Positions 22,885 through 33,934 of a DNA stretch of 64,000 nt are shown piece after piece. Source of the stretch: Monocercomonoides exilis PA203 (Eukaryota; Protista; Preaxostyla); the NCBI GenBank assembly GCA_001643675.2, contig LSRY02000033.1:992001-1056000 (forward strand), in the 5' to 3' direction. The translations under genes and the position numbers were made by a program. The first letter of the stretch is position 1. The number at the start of each line of letters is the position of its first letter. Below the pieces are notes generated by a model. It worked only from the letters and a program-made list of their open reading frames with translations, was not told where the DNA came from and did not search any database.

Positions 22885-23536
22885 TTATTGTATTTGCTTG
22901 TATCCCTTCTTAGCTTTTTTCTTTAGATATTTTATCAAAACAATGGCGCCCAACGCAAGACATAGAATAGCAGTAAAAATGGATGTTATAATGCTACATA
23001 ACATTCAACAAAGAAGAAAAAAATAAAATAATTGCATTTATAACAACAAAAAAGCTTCATACCCTAATGTTATATCAGATTTAAACATCTCATTTTTCAG
23101 TTGCATGCACGAAGCTTCGTTAACTGCTAAAAGATCATCCTTTGTAGATTGATCGGTCAATTTTTCCAAAGCACCTTTTGAAACCCAGTTGCATAAGTCA
23201 GTTCTATTTTTAGGATTTTCTTTTCCTAGATTATTTAGAAATTAAAACAAATGATTGAAAAAAACATAAGCATTCAAAACCTGGATAATCGAATGATGGC
23301 AATTTTGTGCAATCTGTGAGATAATAATTTTTTAGATCTGCCTTGGATTTAATTCGCTCACTTTTCTTGATCCTTTCCTCAACATCTAAAAAAAATCAAT
23401 ATATTTATATTTTTAGCAATGCGAAAAATTGTTCAAGAAATATACCAGTAATAATCTCTCGACATTGCCAAAAAATATTCACATATGCACATGATGTTAA
23501 ACCGAAAAGGGCAAGCAATAAATAAAGATGTTTCAT
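22885..23536 (-). CDS. 155-aa saposin-like type I membrane protein; 4 exons (23536-23446, 23385-23281, 23225-23063, 22993-22885)
   Basis: Three GT-AG introns give one continuous frame. Product: signal peptide MKHLYLLLALFGLTSCA, helical domain with 4 Cys (WQCREII..DCTKLP..DLCNWV..ASCMQL), TM IITSIFTAILCLALGAIVLI, tail KYLKKKAKKGYKQIQ*. Confidence 0.8.
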
Positions 23537-23843
23537 GATTTAAAGTAAAATGGAGAAATATGTGATCTAAAATTTATTTAAATATTATTTTTTTTGCTTT
23601 TTTAAAGGATAATAGTTCAAAAGTGATCTTTTCAATTCATAACATTTGATAAAATTGGAAAAAAAGGTGACACACATAAGCTTTTCTTTTCAACGTTTTG
23701 AAATATATTTGTGAAGAATTTGTTGCTTGAAAAATTGAAAAGGAATAATTGTATCTTCTGAAATGTTTCCATAAAAGTTTTTTCTTTGAAAGATGGAGAA
23801 AAATACACAATTGGAAACACCTTTTGTTTTTATTTGTTGTAGT

Positions 23844-23844
<1 letters not shown>

Positions 23845-23889
<45 letters not shown>
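23845..23889 (+). repeat. Poly(A) tract, 45 nt
   Basis: Uninterrupted run of A. Confidence 0.95.
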
Positions 23890-23891
<2 letters not shown>

Positions 23892-24064
23892 TCCATTAAG
23901 ACAAAAGGAAAAAAATATTACCTGAATATTTATAAAGATGCAGAATGAAATCAACGTTTATGTGCAAAACAATAGCAAAATTAAACAAAGACAAAAATCT
24001 TTTGTTTCTTTATTGATTTCACATTTACCGTTTTTAAATTGAGTTCACAATTTAATAATCATTA

Positions 24065-27034
24065 GATGAATTGAACAATTTTTATGTAATTGTGAAATTT
24101 TTGAAAAATTTTGAAATTCGTATATGTCATTTTGAAATAATCAAGTAATTTTGAAATTTTTTAGAAAAATTGAAAATAAGGTAGTTATTTTAAGTTTCAC
24201 CAAAAAATTTCAAGTTTACAAAAATTGTGGGAAGATCTCATATTATTCACAGTATTTTTTGCACATTCGAAAATAGCTCTTTATTTATCATTAATATTAT
24301 TATTTATGTTTTATACAATTTTCAAACCATTTAACAACAAATAATGCGAAATATATCATTTTTCGTATTTTTGTGTCAATCGTAAAGGAATAAAAATATT
24401 ATTTTTTGTTTAATGCGATTATTAAAATGTTTCCATGAACAATAAATGATTGTTATTATTCAAAACATTTCAAATTTTCAATTTTAAATGTTCAAGAATC
24501 TGAATTGCTCTAACCTTAAAAAAACATCAAAAATAAATGAAAAGAGCAAAAAAGAAATCAAAAATGTTTCAAATATTAATGTTATGCACAATAATGAATA
24601 TTTCCTGAAGAAAAAAATGTTCCTGTTGCTTGTAAAATAGGCAAAAAAATCGAAAAAGAAAATCAAGTTAGATTTAGATAATGCATGTTCAATATGCAAC
24701 TTTATATTCAATATTAACACTATTCAAAGCTTTTTGTAAATCTTATTGTTTCTTCGTTCTCCTCATGTTCTTCTTCTCAATATATTTTAACTTTCAATCT
24801 TTAATATTATTTTAATCCATTTCTCTTGTTAATTTCAATGAAAATTTCATCGCCTCATTTCTGCCTTCCAAGAAAATTCATCAAAGCCTAATCCTCTATT
24901 CTGCTTCCGCTAGAATAACTTCACATTCTCAATTCTATTAAAAACTGGTAAAGAAGAAGATTCTTTCAGAAGAATCCCTTCTCATCTCTTTTCGCTGTGT
25001 TGCCTTCTTCTTCTCTCCATTTCCTCCACAACAACAATAATGCCATCCCACCAAATATCACAATCCCTGTCTCCCCGTCTTCCATTCCCCTTCTTCCAAC
25101 CAATAAAAAATAAATACCTCCATCCTTTTTCTGTCTCTTTCCATTGCAATACACCCTCTCGTGGTAAACCCCTCATCTTCCTCTGCCTCCACACCTCCAA
25201 TGCAAAGTGTTACACCCCATGTTCCTTCTTCCCGTCTTCCTCCGCCTCCACCTCCATCCCTTGCCCTGCAAATGAGAGGCGCGGCCAAACTGTCCACCCA
25301 ACAAAAGATAAAAAAAGAAAAAAGAATATCTCTTACTTTTTTTTCTTCAACCTTACTTCTCTTTCTTATCAAACATAAGCCCATAAAATCTCTTCTCTTT
25401 GTTCCGCCTCATATGAACCCTCCTCTCTCTCCCTGCATTTGAAAATAAAGAAACATCTCCTCCACACATCTCTCTATCTCTCATCTTCCCCTCCAATAAA
25501 TATATTCCATTCACTCCACCCATCTTCCACCCTTCTTGTTTTCCCCTCTTATCCCACCTCCTCCGTAACAAATTCATTTTCTCCAACAAATAACACAACT
25601 TCCACTCCTTCTAACTCACAAAAATCGAAAAAACAACCTTTCCAAACTCCATCCAAACCCATCCCCCACGCATCCATTTTGCCTCTTAAACCTCCCAAAA
25701 ACACCTCTTTTCCACAAAAAATATTCTTTTATCGCTCCTTTCCCTCTCAAAACCCTGTCTCCTCCAAAAGCTCAACCCCATCGCCACACACCACAAATCC
25801 ATCCTATTGTTATCACATTGTCTTCATATGCCAATTCAGCCACGACACATCGAGTTGTGCCCCTTTTCTTTTGTGGCTCTAATTCGTTATGGAACATGAT
25901 CAAGAAATGTCAAATGCTCAGACTGCCAACGGAGTGAGATTCCGAAACTAAAACAAAGACAGGTTGACCAAGTGAATTATTTTCAGAGATATGGCAGATG
26001 AGACAACAACAGTTTTATTTTTAGGGAAGCTGGAATTATTCATTTTGATTGTTAGAATGATGTGGAGCATCAATATTTTCAATGGAAATGAAGAATTTTC
26101 AATGTATGCATTTTATATTGTTCTATTTGTTGTGAAGATATTTCCATCCATATCCTCTCCAAAGTCGTGATTCAGGCAAATTATTTAAAATGGACAATTT
26201 ATTCCATGCAGAGGAAAACAGCAAGGAAGCGAGTCAAATGTTACCTTTAAAATATATTGGAGCCAGAATGTATTTTGTGACGAATATTTATGTTTCTTAT
26301 TGTTGACTCAACTTGAGCGATGGATATAAATACGATGAAAAATGAATTTTGCGGAACGGACAGCCTCTGAATGTGAAAAACTTGTGGACATAAGAGATTT
26401 TTTTTTAACTTACGATGATGATGATGAACTCTGTTCGAAGAAAAATGTGAAATAGATATTAAGGAAGAAAAAAATTATGAGAGAAAAAAAAGAATAAAAA
26501 CGAGGAAAAAAGGCTGAACAGTTAGTTTGAAGACAAACATAAATGAAGCTGTTCTTTTATTGAAGCAAGAACTTGGAGGAATTGAAGAAAAGATACTGTG
26601 CTGTCGGGATGCATCAATGAGATCTATTTTTTTAGATATTTCATTTTCAAATTTCTTTTTTGAAGAAATCCCTCAAAAAAATGTTTGAAATTGTAATAAA
26701 TATCGTTTATTGTGATTTTTTCCCAATTGTTTATCAAAAAACAGTAGCGTAAAAAGGTTTTATTTGAATTATCTTAAAAAATCACAAAAAAATATCTTTT
26801 ATTAGTCTTTTCAATTTATTTTTATAAAAAAAACAGCAGCGTATTTTTTGATAAAATGTTTTGAAAAACTTCATGAATATGCATAACATATTTTTACACA
26901 GAAAAATTTTGTCCACCTGAGTTATTGCAAAATTCCCCAAAAATTTCAAAATTTCCACAGACAATTTCAAAATAATTGGGTAATTTTGAAATAACTTAAT
27001 AATTTTGGAATTTTTTTTTATTTCACAATTCATC
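24065..27034 (+). mobile_element. Candidate highly degenerate pogo/DDE_1 element
   Basis: Ends TA|GATGAATTG ... CAATTCATC|TA with shared AATTTTGAAA subterminal motifs. Internal remnants PHISLSLIF..., IQP and FREAGIIHFD occur in the order expected for a DDE_1 transposase. Confidence 0.4.
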
Positions 27035-28211
27035 TATTATTTTAATTGTCTTAGAATGATAAAAGAAAAAAAAAGTGTGGTATTTTTATCCTAACTTTTT
27101 TTTATCCGGACAAAAATTTAAAATTAAAATATCTCAACAAATATTCAATATTAATTTACAGAAATTTGCATAGTTGTATATTATCATATATGACATCTAT
27201 TCATATGTCTAAATTTTTATGTAAAGTTCCTTTTGTTTAATTTTCAAATAAAATGAAAATTTCATTTTTCGATCAAATTTCTGTTCCCACTCACAAAATT
27301 TCTCTGTCATGAATATAAGATCTTGACAATGTTATTATTTTTGTTATTGAGTAGTTTCGTGAGTGGGAACAGAAATTTGATCGGTATATGAAAATTTTAC
27401 TTTATTTGAGAATTAAACAAAAGGAACTTTTCAAAAAAATTCAGACATATGCAAATTTTTAATAGCAGTGTTGTATATTTTTTGAAATAAATACTTTTTA
27501 TTTTTGAAAATCCGACTTTTGATGAATTTTTCTATTTTAATAAAACGATTCAATTCATCTTTTATACGCACAACATATTTTTTCCATGATATAAACAATT
27601 TAGGTTATTTTTTATTTTTTAGAAATTTGCTTGTCTAGATTGTATGGAAATCCATCATTTTTGAAAAATCATTGTCAAAGGGATAACTTAAAAAATATTT
27701 TTGACGAAACTTAACAACATCCAAGTGAATTTAACACATTCATCAATAAATATGATAGTTATGTAAATTTTCTTTATTGATGAAATTTAAAATGCTTCAG
27801 TAAAGATTCCATTGAAAAATTTTTTAATTTTTTTATTGAATATTTTTTTGAGTAAAATTTCTAAGAAATTTGAATACCATCGGTGCTTAACCCGCACCCT
27901 GGTGCCAAACTCGCCCCCTCTCAATTTTGCAAAACACAAATATTATTGTTATTATTTCTACAGATTTCTTTATGTTTGCTATAAAAAAGAAAAGGAATAT
28001 ATGATTGAAATGAAATGACTGCATAAAAATGCTCTGCAAAAGTTAATAAATAATTAAATATCCATCTTCAAATAACTTTGAACAAAGTATTCTCCATTGT
28101 TGCTAGAAGTGAGAACAACAAAAACAATATTCACTTGTTTTTCATTATTGATCTCAACTTTTCGCGGTTCCAAACTTTTCTATTATAAAAAGAAAGATAG
28201 ATAGAAAGAAA

Positions 28212-30562
28212 CTACGATGACAAAGAAGAATAATATTTTTTGAGAAATTCAATTTCTTTTTTACTAAAACCCGGTGAAACTGCTCTTTGAATTGGCTTTT
28301 CATTTTCCATTTTTCTTCTTTCCTCATCGCTTCCTCCACTCACATCATCGTTCACGATTTCATATATTTTCTTTTTCTTTTTCTGCTTTATTTCTCTTTT
28401 ATCTTCATTTGAAGAAGAGCTTGACAAAAGAATGTTGAATTCTTTTCGAGAATGCTTTGTTTTTAAAGTTGAAGAAGTCGAAGAAGCTTTTGAATTTTCA
28501 ATTTCTTTATATTTCGATCGAAGAAATGCAAGATGCTTTTCAGCATCTTCAAATTGTTTTTTCAATTCGAAGCTATCCAAATCTTCAATAATTGTTGTTG
28601 AATTTAATTCGTGATCATCAGATGGAAAAGAACAGGTCGGTATGTTCGATGAAGTTGATTTTGCTGAGTTTGCTTTTTCTGCAGTATAAATATCTGATGG
28701 TTTTGATGAAGCTGAAACACTTTGCCTTTTTGGTGGAAAATAGCTTCCAAAAAGTTCTTCACACCAATCTTGAGACGAAGAACGAAGATCTTCTTTCAAT
28801 GCAGATGTTTCTAAAGGTGCTCCTGCCACTCTTGAGAGCACAGGGGCTGCAGCAACAGGCAAAACTCCTGTCTTTATGAATGCTGCTTTTATTGTTGAAG
28901 GTGAACATGCAGCTGCCAAGGCTTCAGGAAGAACTTCTACGAGTTGTGTTCGATAAGAAGAGAGGGAGAATGGAGATGGAATGACAAATTTGTTGTTCAA
29001 TGTTGATTTCAGTCGAGAAAAGTTACAGGAATCGCACGGTTGAAGTAAGTGTGTCATGTTGGGTGGGAATCGCTTCAAAATGATGTTGTTTTTTTTCAGC
29101 GGCTTCAATTTCAAATTCATCATTATGTGTTGAATGATTGTCTATCAACAGAAGGGCACGATGTGAGCTGGTTGGTTTGACTTTCTCTGCGATAAATGGA
29201 ATCCAACAATTGATCATGTTATGTCAAAATTTTTTTGAAAAGTTCCATTTGGGTGATTCTTTTTGAAAAGTCACAAATGTTTAATTTTCAAAAATATGTC
29301 CAAATTTTTTTGAAAAGTTCCTTTTGTTAAATTTTCAAATAAAGAAAAAATTTCATATTTCGATCAAATTTCTGTTCTCGCTCACCAAATTTTGCTGCCA
29401 TGAAAATAAAATCTTTACAATGTTATTATATCCATTCAAGAAAAGTTTCGTGAGTGGGAACAGAAATTTGATCGAAATATGAAATTTTTTCTTTATTTGA
29501 AAATTTAATAAAAGGAACTTTTCAAAAAAATTTAGGCATATCGAAAATTTCATATTTTGCTCAAATTTCTGTTTCAGCTCACAAATCTCCTCAAGAATGT
29601 TTGAAATAGCATTATCAAGATTTTGATTCCATTTAAGTTAAGTTTGATATTTGAAAACAATATATTTATCAAAATATGAAATTTTTGATTTATTTGAAAA
29701 TTATACATTTGTGACTTTTCAAAAAGAATCACCCATATATCTGATATCAAATGATGAAAGAGAACGAAACTCTTTCGGGAGAGTTTTCTTAGGGAAAAGA
29801 AGAAAACGAGGCAACGATGATCCGACAGCGCAGACACAGAGGCAAATTGTGGCATTCGGTTCTTTTGGAGGCGATGGAACGCATGGAGGAGTTTGATCTT
29901 TGAAGCAAACAACCAATTTTGATGAAGATTCCCCGCAAGTGATTGAAGATTCGTCGAAATTGTATATGTCGGATGATGTGATGTTATAGTCTGAAATAAA
30001 AGCTGACAGTTCTGAAAATCATCTGCTAATATTTTCTGGTGACTGTGCTTTGATTTTTGCAACTTCTATTGGCCTTGCTATAGCGGCTTTCAAAATTTCG
30101 CTTCGTTGAATTAATTTGTATGCATAATTTTTTTTGATCATTTTCAATTCATTCTTAAATTTTGGATCATTTTCGATCAGATCGACACACTAAACCATTC
30201 AAAAAAGTTAAAAAAGCATGAAAATAAATATTACGAACCATGTTTTGCACATCACGAATTCGAACAACTGTTTGGTTAGACAAAAGAACCAAAACTTGGT
30301 TTTCAATTGTTTCCAACTGGTTGTCTGTGAATGTTTGTGAATGTCCATTCCTTCCGACCTCTCTTCCTGCTTTCTCCGCTCGTATCCCTCGTTTTCGAGC
30401 GTTCTTTGAAATAACTTTGGCTTTCATTGCAGTTGCATATTTCACTTTGAAATTTTGTCGAATCGCTAATAGCTTTTTTGATGGGGATTTGAACGCGCGA
30501 TATTCACTTGTTGCCAGAACTCTGTGCAATTGAGATGATGATAATTCTGTTTTTTCTGTCAT
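28212..30562 (-). pseudogene. DDE_1 transposase pseudogene (intron 30238-30190)
   Basis: Motifs YNFDESS, LLLIDNHSTH and PPNMTHLLQPCD. Lesions: TGA at a probable Trp position (ENISR*F, about 30020), an insertion at about 29219-29737, and a frameshift near 29100. Confidence 0.85.
29250..29735. mobile_element. Foldback/MITE insertion inside the transposase
   Basis: TIR TGGGTGATTCTTTTTGAAAAGTCACAAATGTwTAATTTTCA at both ends. The interior has CGATCAAATTTCTGTTC...GTGAGTGGGAACAGAAATTTGATCG, homologous to the foldbacks in the 851-bp arms. Confidence 0.75.
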
Positions 30563-32320
30563 CAAAATTTGGAATTATCAATTACTCCAGAATTATCAAA
30601 ATTAATGTTTCTGTCATAAGCAATCCTTTTCAGATGTATGGTTTGAAATTTTGTAAATATTTATCTTTATTGAAACATTGAAATTATCAACTTTCCAAAT
30701 TTTTGCTGAAAATCAAACATGTGAATGAAATAAAAAATAGCAACATTCAGCTTGAAGAAGACATGATGAAGAAAAATAATAATTGTTCTTTCATTATTTA
30801 ACACAATTTCGATTGTTTTTAAAATGTTTTTATTTCTTCTGTTCATAATAATGAAAAACAAGAGAATGCTTCATTGAGAGGGGGCGAGTTTGGCACCAGG
30901 GTGCGGGTTAAGCACCGATGGTATTCAAATTTCTTAGAAATTTTACTCAAAAAAATATTCAATAAAAAAATTAAAAAATTTTTCAATGGAATCTTTACTG
31001 AAGCATTTTAAATTTCATCAATAAAGAAAATTTACATAACTATCATATTTATTGATGAATGTGTTAAATTCACTTGGATGTTGTTAAGTTTCGTCAAAAA
31101 TATTTTTTAAGTTATCCCTTTGACAATGATTTTTCAAAAATGATGGATTTCCATACAATCTAGACAAGCAAATTTCTAAAAAATAAAAAATAACCTAAAT
31201 TGTTTATATCATGGAAAAAATATGTTGTGCGTATAAAAGATGAATTGAATCGTTTTATTAAAATAGAAAAATTCATCAAAAGTCGGATTTTCAAAAATAA
31301 AAAGTATTTATTTCAAAAAATATACAACACTGCTATTAAAAATTTGCATATGTCTGAATTTTTTTGAAAAGTTCCTTTTGTTTAATTCTCAAATAAAGTA
31401 AAATTTTCATATACCGATCAAATTTCTGTTCCCACTCACGAAACTACTCAATAACAAAAATAATAACATTGTCAAGATCTTATATTCATGACAGAGAAAT
31501 TTTGTGAGTGGGAACAGAAATTTGATCGAAAAATGAAATTTTCATTTTATTTGAAAATTAAACAAAAGGAACTTTACATAAAAATTTAGACATATGAATA
31601 GATGTCATATATGATAATATACAACTATGCAAATTTCTGTAAATTAATATTGAATATTTGTTGAGATATTTTAATTTTAAATTTTTGTCCGGATAAAAAA
31701 AAGTTAGGATAAAAATTCCACCCTATTTCTTCGATATTGAAAATCAATCCATTTTATTTCGTCAACACTACAAAGCTCAATACAAAATCTATTAATCTTT
31801 TTCCAGTTTTCACATGGGCAAATTTTTGGCAATTATGAAATAAACCGAGATTTATTCCAAACTTTTTCTGTAATATGTCACGATAAGTCAACCACAACAA
31901 TGCAAAAATTTATGGAAAACTTTCAACATGAGAAAAATATTTGAAAGTGAAGAATTGAACAAAATTTTCAAAGCAAAAAATTTCTTCCATTATTCATTCA
32001 TTGACCATAATAATTATTACTATTTCTCTATTTCATTTGAGTTGCTTTGAGAATAATTTCAATGATTCTAAAAATTTTCAAAACTTCGACAAATTGAGTA
32101 ATTTTATTGAATCATTTTTTATTCGAAATAAATCAACTATTTTTCTGTGAAATATATGGTTAATTCGAATTTTTGTTTTTACTTCAAAAGAGTGCAAAAA
32201 TGAACCATAAAAATGCACAGTTAAAAAGGAATCGAACGAATACAATATTAATGAAACTCTTTTGAGCACATTTTTTAATGACATGTTTATTGACGAGCTG
32301 TTTCACTTTTTATATCATTC

Positions 32321-33766
32321 ATGATTCTTCTTGTGCTATTCATTTCAAAAGCCGCATCAGAACTACAACTTGATGCCGTAGATTCTGCATCGCGAGAATA
32401 TGCTCAAGAAACATTAGAACTTTCATACAAACGGTGATATAATTTTTTATGCGAATTTTAACAACTATTATTTTTTGTTCAGTTGCATAGTTAGGACAAT
32501 TGGAAATAATAGAACCTTTGCTTTTGAAAATTCGATTAAAGAATGTTTAAATGATGAATGGGCAAGATGCTTTATTACAACTTTCCACAATATATTCAGC
32601 CATATTCCAGAGTTTTATTTACAGCATTGCTTATCAGGGCCTTTAAACACGCTTCTATTCGATTATGAGCAACCGCGTTTTATTCCACCTCCTCCAACAT
32701 CATATGAGATTATTGCTCCAATGGAGATTTCATCTTGCGAAGAAAAGCAAATTAAGCCTTTATCCCATTGTCTAACCAATAGAGGAGCAATATGCAAGGA
32801 AACATGCTTGGGCCTTACTCAGGATCAGAATGAATTGCAAACCTGCCTTCGATTATGTCAAGCGAATGTTTTATCAAGTTGTCCAATTGGAGAAGCAACT
32901 CCAAAACTAATGAAAGCTTGGGCAGGTGAGATAATATCTGGAAACTGTAGCATTTTCACAGAAACAAGAACATCTCTTTTAAAAAGGCCAAGAAGAACAG
33001 GACTTATGAGGCCAAGCGGAAAAAGAACGGCTGCTGAAAAATGGAAATTAAATAACTTGGATGCAGATGCAATTTTTACGAATGGATGTGGAGGTTTGAT
33101 GCTTTTTTATTCAATATTTTAACCTAATTTAAATTTTTATATTTTGATTTGAATTTAATAATTTTTATCTTGCAGATTTATTTCCTTGTTTTCATTGGGG
33201 GCTTTGTGGTTCTCCAACTAGAACTCGTCCAAGGCTCAATAGTCCATTGTGCACAGCTGGATTACGATCAGATAATCCTAATAAAGATATCATTGATCGA
33301 GTGACAGCGCTTGATCTCGAACCCTTTGAGGTTGAATTATTGTGATTCTTTCTAAAATTTTTAGAAATTTTTCATTTAATTTATTAAAGAATGAGCAAAA
33401 AGAATGCATTGATAGAATGTTCACAGAGTGCGATTTGGAGTGTGGGATGGATCAAACGTGTATCAATAAGTGTTCTTCTCACAAAATTGCTTCTTGCATT
33501 GTAAATACATTGGTTCATATAAGAGATAAAGTTTGTTTTTATAAAATGTTACATTAACATAAATTATGATTTTTTGATAAATTATGAAGATTCTCATAAA
33601 TCCTTCATTGGTCTGTGTGAATGCAAACAAACAAAAGCAGGTCCTCAACTCCCCTGTACCTACTTATTCCTCTTATTCATCTCATCATTCATATCCAATG
33701 AAAGATTTAGTCTATTGGACAAGCACCCCTGGTGGACGACCTTCAAGATCTCGCAAGTCAATTTAA
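32321..33766 (+). CDS. Secreted Cys-rich protein, about 5 exons; probable distant paralogue of the next gene
   Basis: Starts MILLVLFISKAASE. Introns at 32434-32482, 33094-33175, about 33331-33389 and about 33531-33589 keep the frame. Contains CIDRMFTECDLEC-GMDQT-CINKCSSHKIASC. Confidence 0.7.
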
Positions 33767-33934
33767 CTTTTGTTTCACATTGAATTAGATGTGAATGTTA
33801 TATATAACAGAAATCGTTTTTGTCAATCATTGATCATATAAATTATTTTTTTTCAAAAAAATGACGTGATGCGTTTTACGCTACAGTTTTTCCACAAAAG
33901 TAAATATTTCAGCATTTGCTGAAATTACTAATAA

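Larger units (their letters stand above)
27877..30921 (-). mobile_element. pogo/DDE_1 transposon with 49-bp TIRs and TA TSD (inactivated)
   Basis: Left end TA|CCATCGGTGCTTAACCCGCACCCTGGTGCCAAACTCGCCCCCTCTCAAT; the inverse copy ends ...CCGATGG|TA. The TIR holds two direct GGTGCnnAACnCGCnCCC repeats, typical of transposase binding sites. Confidence 0.85.
27075..31723. repeat. 851-bp near-perfect inverted repeat (27075-27925 / 30873-31723) enclosing a transposase pseudogene
   Basis: The arms are reverse complements wherever compared. The only mismatches seen are in the outermost ~7 bp (GTGTGGT vs GGGTGGA). Each arm contains a ~250-bp internal foldback (about 27200-27450 and 31345-31600). Confidence 0.95.

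Noticed and set aside
23845-23889. Retrotransposon or retrocopy poly(A) tail
   Set aside because: No target-site duplication, RT remnant or processed ORF is recognisable upstream.
24966-25882. Cluster of Pro/Ser- and Gly-rich short ORFs as genes
   Set aside because: Explained by the extreme C/G skew reducing stop frequency; no coherent gene model.
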